Source: a virus
Strand: one strand, 5' to 3'
Length of the DNA: 64,000 nt
IMG/VR virus record: IMGVR_UViG_3300049927_000163
Span: 9,513-73,512 of that record
Shown here: positions 48,418 to 58,669 of the stretch, piece after piece
How the letters are laid out: every line of letters starts with the position of its first letter
How positions within the stretch are numbered: the first letter of the stretch is position 1
Notes under the pieces: model-generated
Database searches by the model: none
What the model was told of the DNA's origin: nothing
Seen by the model: the letters and a program-made list of their open reading frames with translations, nothing else
Position numbers and translations under genes: made by a program

Positions 48418-48652
48418 TTAACACCATTTCAAAAAGTGAGTTCATATACTTTCACTTACTTGAAAGAGGCGGGAGGGGTGAGTAAGCACCCCTAATGCTG
48501 ATCAGGCTTTCCCGCGAAAATTTTGCTAAATTAAACGTCTTAGTGAGTTCCCTGCGTCTTCATCTGTATAAAGTACATGATTGAGAACATCTTCTAATTG
48601 TTTTGCTATAATTTTATCCTTATCATTAAAGGGGATTATTTGCACTGTCTTT

Positions 48653-49942
48653 TTAGATGTATTGCCTATTGTTACCTTTATATCCGCCATGAAATCCCTT
48701 ACCATATGCTCGCTCCATTGCATTCGCATCCGCTTCCGTCATTCCACCCTGCATTCGATCGAAGAAGTGGGTATATAGTGCGTATCTCTGTGCATCGCAA
48801 GAATGGTCGTTCTGTTTGATGGGCTGGTCAATTCCACGCTTGCTTGCCCTTTCATCCCAAAGATATGTGCTGTATTCCTTAATGGAATTCACACATGTTT
48901 TACATATCTTATATGTTCCGTTTGAAAGTAACTGTCCTTGAAAACGAATCCCTGGAATCACATCATTCTTTGCATCTAGTACATCCACTACCCCGACTTT
49001 TCTCATCTCAACTTTGAAAGATAAAGCAGATGGGTCTATATAAATTGCCTTTACTGGATAACCAGATATAAAATCAATTAAATCTTTGGCGTAATCACTA
49101 TCGCTTTTTTGTCTATTTTTTGCTTTTGAATCGTAATAGTATTCTTTCTCTAGCCAGATGTTTGGATATAGTCCAGAATTATACCCAATGAGAGAGAAAA
49201 CACAAGGGTTGCTAGTACCATAGTCAATACCGCAAATATAATAAGTAGCCGGTCCAGGAGGCTGCAGGATCGTGTGCAAGTCTTCCGTAAAAAAGTCATA
49301 AATAGCTCCTTCTGCTAATACCCATTTACCCTCGATATAGCGCTGATACCAGAGGCCAGAATATTCTTTTTTTAGGTTATTTTTGTAGTCTTCCCCAAGA
49401 GAGGGGTTATCTTCGATAGAGAACTTGAAGACCGCGATATCTCTTTCAGCCGCCTTGTCGATAAATTCGACCTTGAGCCAATGAAAAGGGGAATCTGGAT
49501 TGGTCGAACCAAATAGTTTTGCTCCAGGTAACGATAACCTAGAAAAGAGCATTTTCGTAAAGTTCTCAGGTATGATCGTAACTTCGTCGAGAAGTGCGCC
49601 CACATATTCTGACCCACGGATCTTAGCTTCCGCTCTTTCGTCGTTTGCTCCAACAACATCTATTGTCCTTCCCCATAGTTTGATCTCACCTTTACCAGAG
49701 AGATACTGTAAATCATCGCCAATCAGGTCATAGAGAGGTCGAACGATATTACGCTTAATAGTAGGCTCTGTTCTTCCACATACGATTAGAGGACCTTTAG
49801 GGCCATTCTGAATGAAATCTATCCAACGCCAGAAACAGGCATAGGATTTACCAGATCTAACAGGACCTTCCCAAATGTTAAGTCTCGCTGTGCTCTCCAC
49901 TAGACTTCGCTTCTGTATCGGACTTAATATCTGCTTTAACAT
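48653..49942 (-). CDS. terL: Terminase large subunit (PBSX-like)
   Basis: EGPVRSGKS Walker A, IRG.....ALLDEV, STNPDSP.HWLK, GIDYG..NP, DHSCDAQRY. Confidence 0.92.
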   Translation of the reverse strand: MLKQILSPIQKRSLVESTARLNIWEGPVRSGKSYACFWRWIDFIQNGPKGPLIVCGRTEPTIKRNIVRPLYDLIGDDLQYLSGKGEIKLWGRTIDVVGANDERAEAKIRGSEYVGALLDEVTIIPENFTKMLFSRLSLPGAKLFGSTNPDSPFHWLKVEFIDKAAERDIAVFKFSIEDNPSLGEDYKNNLKKEYSGLWYQRYIEGKWVLAEGAIYDFFTEDLHTILQPPGPATYYICGIDYGTSNPCVFSLIGYNSGLYPNIWLEKEYYYDSKAKNRQKSDSDYAKDLIDFISGYPVKAIYIDPSALSFKVEMRKVGVVDVLDAKNDVIPGIRFQGQLLSNGTYKICKTCVNSIKEYSTYLWDERASKRGIDQPIKQNDHSCDAQRYALYTHFFDRMQGGMTEADANAMERAYGKGFHGGYKGNNRQYI

Positions 49943-50297
49943 AATCGAGTAACTCTTTCCAGCCTTTTTTGGCCTGTGTTTCTGTGTCTTTACCGTCTAA
50001 GAAGTCAGTATGATGACCAAATTTATCAAGAACCCACATAAGGCAGTGATTGTCACCTTCAGCGATTCCTTTCGAAAAAGTCTTTTGAAGACAGTCTTCT
50101 ACTAAGGATTTTCTAAGTTCATCAAGCCAATCTTGCATACCCCAAAGCGCTATCCTTTTCTTTATGGTCTCACAGCCAATCTCAATTCTATAAGTAATAC
50201 TTAGATACTTTTTTGCTGCAAGAATAAAACCTCTTGTTTTAGTAAGAGCTTCTATTAATTGTTCGCATTTCAACTCAGGTCCACTATCTTTTATCAT
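49878..50297 (-). CDS. Putative terminase small subunit
   Basis: HTH-like N-terminus. Overlaps the terL start. Confidence 0.5.
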   Translation of the reverse strand: MIKDSGPELKCEQLIEALTKTRGFILAAKKYLSITYRIEIGCETIKKRIALWGMQDWLDELRKSLVEDCLQKTFSKGIAEGDNHCLMWVLDKFGHHTDFLDGKDTETQAKKGWKELLDYVKADIKSDTEAKSSGEHSET

Positions 50298-51111
50298 AAT
50301 CTTTCACGTAATCTCTTGTCTTATCATAATATTTCTCTTCATACTCGTTTCTATGATATCGACATAGGTTTTCAGCCTTTATTGGGCTAGTAACAGATAA
50401 GCCTTCGTCAATCCTACAATACTGGCAACGAACCTTATCTTTCCTATCTATCTCAGTTACAATGTTTTTAATCAACTCATCAATTATTTCATACTTATCT
50501 TCTAATGGTATTGAAGTAGCACAAAATTCTCGCCATAATTGCTTAGACTGACCTGATAGCCATTCTTTTTGATATTTTTCTACGCCGTCTTTTTCTGTGC
50601 ATTGAGCATATCTTTTATGCAAAAATTCATACAAAAGATCAAAAATGACGTTTTCCATTCTCATAACTGCGTACCCTCATGCATTGGCACAGCGTTGTCT
50701 GGCTTAAGTGGTTGATTGGCTATCTTTTGTTTTTCTGCTGCTTGCCTTTCAACTCCGGTGAAGGATATTTTATGGTAGTTTTGCTCTTGAGGTTGGTGCT
50801 TTCTGAAGCTTTTATCCCTTTTTTCTGGGCCAAATTGTTCAGGCATTGGCTTGCCATATTCCATAGGTGTGTTATCGCCATAGCTCATTTTCCTTCTCCT
50901 TTTGATTTTATGTATTTCAACCATTTTCTCCAATCTCCCAAAGTGGGACCCTCTTCAGAATTTCCTAATTTAGTGTCAATTGATTCATAAATAAACAATA
51001 AATTATTTCTTTCATCTTCGTATCCTTTTATATACCTATCTATTGTATCTAACCTATCTTTAATTTCTTTTATTACTGAATATGGATCTTGAGCTAAAAA
51101 TATACCAGACA

Positions 51112-51651
51112 TTATTTCTTTACCTTTGTTTTATATTTTCCAGGAAACTTAATAACATTTACGGCTTCGAGAAACAATCCAACATCCTCTACTTCTTCAA
51201 ACTCAAAAATAACTTTAGGTATCTTGTCTTTTGGTAAAGGATCTTCGAAATCATCTGGATTAAATCCCCATTCACACAAAAGATTAGTATCCCATTCATT
51301 GGCGAGTTTATCCCAATCCCAATCACCTGTATTTCTGTTCAGACGTATATTGAGTTCGTCTATCATTCGTTCATTAAAATCTCTATCCCCATCTATTACC
51401 CAGCATTCTATTTGTGTCCAGCCAAGTTCTTGACAAACCTTAACCCGTTGATGACCACCAATGATTATTCCGCCTTTAGTGATAATAGGCTTGTCTATAA
51501 GGCCAAACCTTATAATACTACGCCTAAGCTCTTTCTCCTCTTCCTTGCTCAAGTAACGAGGGTTCTTATGGTGAGAATTAAGATCGTCGATATCTCTAAG
51601 TTCAAGATGCCAAGTCGTTAAACTGACGTTTTCGTCTTGCATTTTTACCAC
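51112..51651 (-). CDS. ParB/Srx-like domain protein
   Basis: NPR......L.RSI.RFG...PII.....IIGGHQR; RLNRNTGDWD. Confidence 0.8.
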   Translation of the reverse strand: MVKMQDENVSLTTWHLELRDIDDLNSHHKNPRYLSKEEEKELRRSIIRFGLIDKPIITKGGIIIGGHQRVKVCQELGWTQIECWVIDGDRDFNERMIDELNIRLNRNTGDWDWDKLANEWDTNLLCEWGFNPDDFEDPLPKDKIPKVIFEFEEVEDVGLFLEAVNVIKFPGKYKTKVKK

Positions 51652-51855
51652 CAGATTTATGTTTCTTTTCTTCTTTACTAACTAGATTCTTAAGCTTTTT
51701 CAAAAGCGCCTTATGTTTCTCTAGCCATTTTTCGAATTTCACACCTAATTGGAGCGTCATATTATAACAAAAAATATCATTAACACATTCCATTTTCCTC
51801 AAAAGAGTTCGTGCATCTTCAATAATAGTAGGCTGGTCATGCATAAGGCTCATTT

Positions 51856-52032
51856 TTACTTACCTTTCTTTTTGCCGGCTTGGGCCATCTTTTCCATCTT
51901 CTCTTTGCCATACTTTTTCATTCCGATAGCAGCGGCCACAGCTTTAGGATCTTCTACATCACCCTTAGCCGCTATTGATTTCTCTAGTTTTTCGAATCTC
52001 TTGCCAGATCCAAGTTTTGGTTGTTTAGGCAT
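51856..52032 (-). CDS. Small basic phage protein (58 aa)
   Basis: Own translation MPKQPKLGSGKRFEKLEKSIAAKG...AAAIGMKKYGKEKM..., a common phage small-protein motif. Confidence 0.7.
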   Translation of the reverse strand: MPKQPKLGSGKRFEKLEKSIAAKGDVEDPKAVAAAIGMKKYGKEKMEKMAQAGKKKGK

Positions 52033-52234
52033 CTTTCTTCCTTTTGTCTGTCATTCCTGTTTTTCCTGAACCCTTTGGCTTACCTGCTGATTTAATACCA
52101 TCATAAGCTTTTACTGCCACTGCTGCTGCTTTCTTTCCAGCCGCTGGATTTGTAGGGCGAATATTATCTTCTCGTAGATTCTTTACTTTTTCGAATCCCT
52201 TTGCTATTTCTTTAGCCATTTGTAACCTCTTCAA
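52025..52234 (-). CDS. Small Lys/Ala-rich protein
   Basis: MAKEIAKGFEKVK...GKKAAAVAVKAY. Confidence 0.5.
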   Translation of the reverse strand: MKRLQMAKEIAKGFEKVKNLREDNIRPTNPAAGKKAAAVAVKAYDGIKSAGKPKGSGKTGMTDKRKKDA

Positions 52235-52662
52235 TTGGTTGTACTAACTTCTCGTGATAACTCACACACTTAATATTTTCTTTAGGAAAAAAGAATCCTG
52301 TCTTCTCTTCAGGGACATGGAAAGTCTTTCCAGACTCAATACTTTCTAAACACCTAAGAAGCGCTTCTTGATTTACATCTAGAGCAATTCTTTCTTTATC
52401 ATTATTTAAAACAATAACTTCGTACATTATTCTGCCTCATCTATTTCATATTGTTCAATTATAATTTCACACTTTTTTATAAAGTCTTTTAAATCCTTCA
52501 AATTAAACATACCCTCCTCCATCACACCAATTATAATGGTCTTCTGAATGTCTAAGATATGCTTTATATCCATGCATATATCCGCCTGTGGTAGCTGTTC
52601 GACCAAGAGAACGGCCGCATAGTTTGACATGAATATAGCTGTATTAATCGGATCGTAAACAT

Positions 52663-52827
52663 TCACACAGCGCTCACAGGTACGGAAATTTCAGGCGATA
52701 TATTAGGCTCATTACTCTGTGTTTCATCTACCATATCAGCGGCTTCACCATGGGTATCTATCAGATTAAAGCTGAGTGTACACCCTGTTACCAAGAAGCA
52801 TAAAATTATAATATTTGCTATTCTCAT
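52663..52827 (-). CDS. Small lipoprotein (54 aa)
   Basis: Own translation MRIANIIILCFLVTGCTLSFNLIDTHGEAADMVDETQSNEP...; lipobox VTGC. Homolog of 16590..16811. Confidence 0.65.
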   Translation of the reverse strand: MRIANIIILCFLVTGCTLSFNLIDTHGEAADMVDETQSNEPNISPEISVPVSAV

Positions 52828-53198
52828 CTAAACCCCATGCCTAAGATCATTATACAAAGTATCGCTACAGTCAGTCTCTTCCACCACGCAATAGTCGCAA
52901 TGACATTTATCCTCGGCGGAAGCCGAATATCCGCATGAAACTGTCCCAAATACCAAAAGAATCGCTAACGATTGCATCATTTTTATCATCCGTATTTGTA
53001 ATATATTTTTGATAATCTCTACTCTCTTCTGATTGTAGCCATAGTTCATGCACTTGCATTGGGAAGGAAGTGTCGTGGAATATTTTCTTAATAGCAAACT
53101 CAGGGTGTCTAAGATTGAATACCCTTATCGACTGTGAAATAGGTAATGTATACCAGTCATCGCCTAAGGCCCAATGCATCTTAGCATCGTATTCATCT

Positions 53199-53942
53199 TT
53201 AAACTGCATGCTTGCCCTCGTCTATTTCTTTTATAAGCTCTTGGCACAGCAATGATTCTTCTCGCACACATCCAAGTTTCTCTATTTTCTTTAAGATTGA
53301 AGTATATTTTAGAGAAAAATCACTCAGTCTGTGTGACACTTCTTTGAACCATGCATGCTTACTTTCATCACACAAATCGAAAATAACTCCATGTTTAAGA
53401 CTAGATAAAGCTGAAGTGTTCGCCAAAAGGTCGTATAGCTCATCTGGAGAAAACATAGTAATAATCTTCTTTTCTTTCTCTGAAAGTTTAGGTACTTCTT
53501 TCACTTTAATTTCTATCTCCACTCTTGGATCATCGCTATAAAATTTATCTATCTCACCGCGTACAACTAAACAATCGTCTGCCCAAATTACGTTATTTAA
53601 ACAATCACAGTAAAACTTAGCTAGATTATCAAAATCAGGTTTGTTCGTGGCGAGTGTTAAGCCCCATAATTTAGCATTTCGTTCCCCTATACTGTCGCTT
53701 TTATTTATTGGCAAGTAGAAAACAAAAGAAACAGTGAAAGCTTTACCTAAACAGACCTTACAAGCCTCTGTCGATATTCTTTTGTCATCGGAATTTATTT
53801 GATCAGCTAGTGTAAATGTGAGTTGTTCTTTGACTTTATTCTTCTCTTTTTCTTGGGGATCATACGTGACTACGAATGAGCCACGTTTAGAATATCTAGC
53901 TCGGGCTTTCGGGATCGGATTGCCCTTTAAAATGATTTTCAT
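53199..53942 (-). CDS. rusA: RusA resolvase with C-terminal extension
   Basis: G.PIPKARAR, KPDFDNL.K...D.LN...W.DD..VV, PRVEIEI. Confidence 0.85.
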   Translation of the reverse strand: MKIILKGNPIPKARARYSKRGSFVVTYDPQEKEKNKVKEQLTFTLADQINSDDKRISTEACKVCLGKAFTVSFVFYLPINKSDSIGERNAKLWGLTLATNKPDFDNLAKFYCDCLNNVIWADDCLVVRGEIDKFYSDDPRVEIEIKVKEVPKLSEKEKKIITMFSPDELYDLLANTSALSSLKHGVIFDLCDESKHAWFKEVSHRLSDFSLKYTSILKKIEKLGCVREESLLCQELIKEIDEGKHAV

Positions 53943-55032
53943 AAAATTCCCAATGTTCGCCCAAGACGCGAAACAATTCTTCTCTTGGTACGTTGTTTTG
54001 TACACATGCCGAAATCATTAAATTTTCTGCAAGTAAAAAAACTTCCGAAGCACTTGGTTTATAAATATGAAGAACCTTATCTAAATCTTTCCTGATAGCG
54101 TCTAATCTTGGCTTTACATCTTCGTTAAAATGTTTCTATTTATCATACATAATCTCTCTCCTTAGGGTACAATTGGGTCTTCCCATTGATGATCTATACA
54201 TTCCTCTTCCTTTTCTTGTTCTAACACTCTTTCATACCAACCGGGTACTATAATACGATTAAATATTATTTTAGGTACATCCTCTCTTCTTCTATTGCTC
54301 TTTGAAATATTCTCTTCATCTTTGGCAGGTATATATGTAGGGGTTGTTCGTTCTTTACCCATAGCTGATCTCCGTGATAGTTATTCCAAGCCTCTTTATA
54401 CTCGGATGGTTTATATGCATATGAGCTAGTCCCAAATGCCCACATATGGAAGCCTATGTCTTCAATCCAGGTGGTTTTACTTATGCTCATTTTGGTTCTC
54501 AAATATAAAATCTTTTATCTTTTCCAAGAATTCATAGTCGCCTTTGAACAAAATAATTGCTGTACCAGAGTGGTGATAAGCAGAGAAGGTTGAAGGCAAT
54601 TTGCCCTGATCAACCTGGAAATCAAAGCCAAGCACAACCTTTTCTACTAACTTAAGAAATAGCGGTGTCTCCCCAGGCTCCAACCATATGCCGCAATCGC
54701 ACTTGCCATTTTCTATTTTAGATAGGCATTTGTCACAATGTGTATGGTTCATAAGAGTTGTTCCCGTATTTTTGCAAATATTGCATCAACTTCACTAACG
54801 GTAGGAATACCCCAATCATCAAGAGATGTGCCGTCCGTAAGTTTAGTTTTTATTATCCAGTTATCACTTACTCTTTCAATATTTATATATATAATAGAAG
54901 ATATTCTTACTATAGTACCATTAAATTCTATAAATTCACTCTTAGACATATTATTTCTCCATTAATTAAAATGACACAGATAGTTAGTCACAAAATCTAT
55001 CCAAAAATTTTGTCTACCTGTGTCAAAAGTTT

Positions 55033-55105
55033 AGGCCACAGTTGGATTCGAACCAACGACCGCTCATTTAACAGACGAGTGCTCTACCGCATGAGCTATG
55101 TGACC
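55033..55105 (-). tRNA. tRNA with GTT anticodon (copy of 12503-12575)
   Basis: Reverse complement matches the unit A copy except acceptor position 3 (GGTCACA, giving a U:G pair). Confidence 0.88.
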
Positions 55106-55275
55106 AGAATACATCTTGGGTAAGAATAATTCTTATTACATCTTACTTTTAATCGTCCAACATTACGAATTACTTTTTTATAAAGTCTCTTAGATAATTT
55201 AAGCTTAATATCATGTACTATTAAAGATCCAAAAAACCCAATTTGGTACATTCGAACTGTAAAAATACGTTTCAT
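55096..55275 (-). CDS. Small basic protein upstream of tRNA
   Basis: Near-identical to 12333..12512. Confidence 0.5.
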   Translation of the reverse strand: MKRIFTVRMYQIGFFGSLIVHDIKLKLSKRLYKKVIRNVGRLKVRCNKNYSYPRCILVT

Positions 55276-55287
55276 AAAATCCTCCAT

Positions 55288-55370
55288 TGCCAGATCAAGG
55301 AATCAAACCTTGAGAAAGGGATGTTCCATCACTCGGAGGCAATGGTATTCTCCCGTCGTCAGACTCTGGC
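55288..55370 (-). ncRNA. Degenerate tRNA-like element
   Basis: Acceptor-like GCCAGA/TCTGGC-A stacked on T-arm-like TCAAGG-TTTGATT-CCTTGA. Centre non-canonical. Confidence 0.4.
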
Positions 55371-55616
55371 TTATAATGCCTATATTTGTAGCTAACAGGT
55401 CATAGGCAACCTAAGAAGATTATCGTTAAACCAATGTTTCTTCTCATAAAATTGGGGCCGTTAAGGGCGAGGCCATACACCATACTGCGCGGAGTACATC
55501 TATTTATTTACAAACACATTAATTATTTTCCGACTTTTTTCTTCCTCTGATGATACAATGCCCGAGCGGCACTTTTTATCTTGGGATTGGTTCGTTTACT
55601 TGATTTCTTGCCTCTG

Positions 55617-55793
55617 TTACTCATTTGGCACCTCAGGTAATGGCATCCAGTGAGTTATTTCTTCATGAATATACATATGACTATCTATCCATGCATCATC
55701 TCTGAAATGTGCTACTCTTATATCTACGCCATCATAGATTAATACATCAACCCATACATTTGGATATTCTTGAGAGCATTTAATCCATTTCAT
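55617..55793 (-). CDS. DUF551-like protein B3 (58 aa)
   Basis: Own translation MKWIKCSQEYPNVWVDVLIYDG...ITHWMPLPEVPNE. Confidence 0.75.
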   Translation of the reverse strand: MKWIKCSQEYPNVWVDVLIYDGVDIRVAHFRDDAWIDSHMYIHEEITHWMPLPEVPNE

Positions 55794-56052
55794 TAGAATT
55801 ATCCTTTACTTCACGATATTTCCTACCCCATTTTGTTTCATATTCTTCTAAAGGAGACTCTGGCAAAGGCATCCAAGCAACAATAGCACCAGTACAACCA
55901 GTGCAACTGCAACAACATTCCTCGCATATAACCCAATGCTCATTGTATTCAGGCTCTTCAGGCATAAAACAAAGATAGGTTCTTTGGGTGTCGTGAGCTA
56001 GGACAGCTTCGTTTGGTTTAGGCAATCTTTCCGAGCATTTAATCCATTTCAT
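55780..56052 (-). CDS. DUF551-like protein B2
   Basis: MKWIKCSERLP...AWMPLPESP. Confidence 0.8.
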   Translation of the reverse strand: MKWIKCSERLPKPNEAVLAHDTQRTYLCFMPEEPEYNEHWVICEECCCSCTGCTGAIVAWMPLPESPLEEYETKWGRKYREVKDNSNEMD

Positions 56053-56263
56053 CTTTAAATCCCCATATTGGCAATGGTAAAGGATACCAATGAGTAACTA
56101 GAAGCGCAGGACTCTTTTCACTACTTCCGCCTTGTAATTGGAAATACTGTCCATCATGATAGTAAAATGCAAGAAAACCATAATCCCCACGATTGGTATT
56201 CATCACCCAACATAGGCATTCTTCTTTGTTAGGAAGTCGCTCTTTTACAGTAATCCATTTCAT
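56039..56263 (-). CDS. DUF551-like protein B1
   Basis: Two amino-acid differences from 12643..12867. Confidence 0.75.
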   Translation of the reverse strand: MKWITVKERLPNKEECLCWVMNTNRGDYGFLAFYYHDGQYFQLQGGSSEKSPALLVTHWYPLPLPIWGFKDEMD

Positions 56264-56910
56264 AAAATAACTCTAACAGGCTCATGTACAGGATTATAAA
56301 CATCATCCACATGAGAGGCATTGACAAATGTGGTTAGAGTAGTGTAAAAACACTTTCCGCCGTGTTCATGGATATGTCCAAAGACATGCAGTTTAAGTTT
56401 AGGGAATCTATCGCCTATCACCATATTTCTAAGTGATATACTGCCAACATGATTTCCATATGAGGTGCAGTCCATTATTGCATGGGGAGGAGAATGAGTC
56501 ACCAAGATATCTATGTCTTCAGGTATCAGTTCCCACTTCTCTGCAAGTTCTTCATCCGTGTCGAAAGTGAACGCCTTACACTTTGGATTCATTCCCTCAA
56601 ATGTCTTGGTCCATGGTGAACCCCAGATCTTTAGGCCTTCGAAGTTAGCTAACGAATCACAAAGATATTGGATGTCGTATGAATCTGGCATGCCCGGGAC
56701 ATCACAAATCTGTACTCTTGTATCGTGATTGCCTGCAATTATAATAATCTTACGATATTTCAGTCTCTTTGACCAATGATGGAAATCTCTTAACGCTCTC
56801 ATTGATCCATCCTCGACCAAATCACCTGCGAGGATTAAGAGATCTCCACCCTCCATTTCAGGATAGTAACCATGCAGGTCAGATATGCAGTCAATAATCA
56901 TATTTACCAA
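56260..56910 (-). CDS. Calcineurin-like metallophosphoesterase
   Basis: SDLHG, AGD, AGNHD, VTHSPP, FGHIHE motifs. Confidence 0.9.
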   Translation of the reverse strand: MVNMIIDCISDLHGYYPEMEGGDLLILAGDLVEDGSMRALRDFHHWSKRLKYRKIIIIAGNHDTRVQICDVPGMPDSYDIQYLCDSLANFEGLKIWGSPWTKTFEGMNPKCKAFTFDTDEELAEKWELIPEDIDILVTHSPPHAIMDCTSYGNHVGSISLRNMVIGDRFPKLKLHVFGHIHEHGGKCFYTTLTTFVNASHVDDVYNPVHEPVRVIL

Positions 56911-57197
56911 AACATAATTTGTATAAAGAATATATTAAAATAAAAACCAGTGTACATAAAAGTATTGGTATGCATATTATAACGGTAACAACTATTATAA
57001 ACAAACAAAAAAGCACAGGAGCGCACATAAAAGCAAACGGTATTAAAGCTATTATTAATAGAATCTCCCAAAAGCTCATCGCTTCCGACTACTCCAATCT
57101 CTCTTAAACCAACGAAATGCATTCTTTTCACTAACGCCCTCTTCAGGTTGGTACCAGAATTTGAATAGCTTCCGTAGTGATTTTACTCTTGAGCCTC

Positions 57198-57578
57198 TCA
57201 TTCCTGCACCTTACCGAAGCATGAAAGTCTAGGCGAATAGCTTTTCTTTTCAGCTTCAACCATGGCGTCTTCACCCTTGAATGTATCGATGTCAAGGAAT
57301 AATTCCATGTAGCTAACGCGGTAGTCGATATCTTGAATCTTATCGTTTACTTCTTTGAGCGTCATAGAGTGAGCATTCACATCGTCTAGGTTAGCCGTCA
57401 TAGAGATAATCACTTTAGACAGATTATCTAGATCATTCTTGATGATCGTGAGCTCTTTCTTTCTCTGCTCATTGGACTTGTTGAGCTTCTTCATGTCTTT
57501 CGTTACGCCAGCATCTAGCATTCCAAGAGCAAGGATTGGTCCAACAATAGCTAATAGTCTTAGATATTTCATAAACAC
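57198..57578 (-). CDS. Signal-anchor + coiled-coil protein
   Basis: Hydrophobic N-terminus followed by heptad repeats. Confidence 0.5.
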   Translation of the reverse strand: MFMKYLRLLAIVGPILALGMLDAGVTKDMKKLNKSNEQRKKELTIIKNDLDNLSKVIISMTANLDDVNAHSMTLKEVNDKIQDIDYRVSYMELFLDIDTFKGEDAMVEAEKKSYSPRLSCFGKVQE

Positions 57579-57585
57579 CTCAAAG

Positions 57586-58155
57586 TTAAATGATTAAACT
57601 CTCTCTTAAATCAGGGCCATTAAAATCTACACACACAAATTCTTTTAGCCTGGAACTGATACGCTCACCAAACAGGTCTTTTAACTCATCTTCATGCAAA
57701 TTTGTAGTCATAATCGTCACAAGCTTATGTGCTACTCGAGTATCGATGATGTCGTAATAGTCTCTCTCTGCTTTGTACCCATCACGCATCAAACCAAAGT
57801 CGTCGATGAAAAGGAAAGGGATGCGAATGAATGTGTCTAACCAAGGCTTAACAGTTTTGAAATTATTTGCATACTCTGAAAGTGTTGCATCTAGTGATAG
57901 TGCTCTAAAGTATCTAATATCAGCAGGATATATCTTCTTTCGTTCGAATAGGTCACGAATGATTGCAAACATAAAGTAAGTTTTACCACGACCAGCCGCT
58001 CCAGTTAGCAAAGCACTACGCCTAGTGTTTATAATCCTGTAGGCTTTGTCTTTGTAACTTCCTCGCTCGTCGTCTTTCAAGATTAACTTAGCTATGCTGG
58101 CATTCTGATACCGTTCAGGCACATCATTTCGTATACAAAAATCTTTCCAACTCAT
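57586..58155 (-). CDS. DnaC/IstB-like helicase loader ATPase
   Basis: GAAGRGKT Walker A, FLFIDDFG Walker B, TTNL...L....GERI.SRL. Confidence 0.9.
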   Translation of the reverse strand: MSWKDFCIRNDVPERYQNASIAKLILKDDERGSYKDKAYRIINTRRSALLTGAAGRGKTYFMFAIIRDLFERKKIYPADIRYFRALSLDATLSEYANNFKTVKPWLDTFIRIPFLFIDDFGLMRDGYKAERDYYDIIDTRVAHKLVTIMTTNLHEDELKDLFGERISSRLKEFVCVDFNGPDLRESLII

Positions 58156-58669
58156 GTATCACCATTGGGGTAGAAATCGTTTCTTTCTTGTTTTTTCAAG
58201 AGATCGTGCTTAAGTGCAGTCTTTACCCGTTTGTGTGCACTATCGCTGAAATTGGAAGGTTTTATGGGCTTTGGTGCAAGCTTTTCAAACCTTTCGGTGT
58301 CTACTTTCTGGTATTGCTTCTTCAAGGGGCATTTAGTTCCCATGTACAAACCTCTTTATTTGCGATTCTTGGGCCTGTTTTTCGTTGGACGTCTCTTTAT
58401 GCATTTTGATTGCGATCGTTTAAAATTAGGCGAATAAGAGGCCTTCTGATGGCCTTCTGTTCTAAACACGTAAACCCTCCAAAGACTTTCCAATATATTC
58501 AGCCAAAAATAAGGCTGATCTGATTCCGCAAGGATTATATCTCTCAATCCCCTGATGCCAGCCAGATTGATATTACACTCCAAGTCCATGCACTCGAAGT
58601 AATAAGCCAATGCTCTAGCCTGTGAGTCAGTCTCTGCAAGTTGATGAATCCAACGAAATCCAAACTTCA

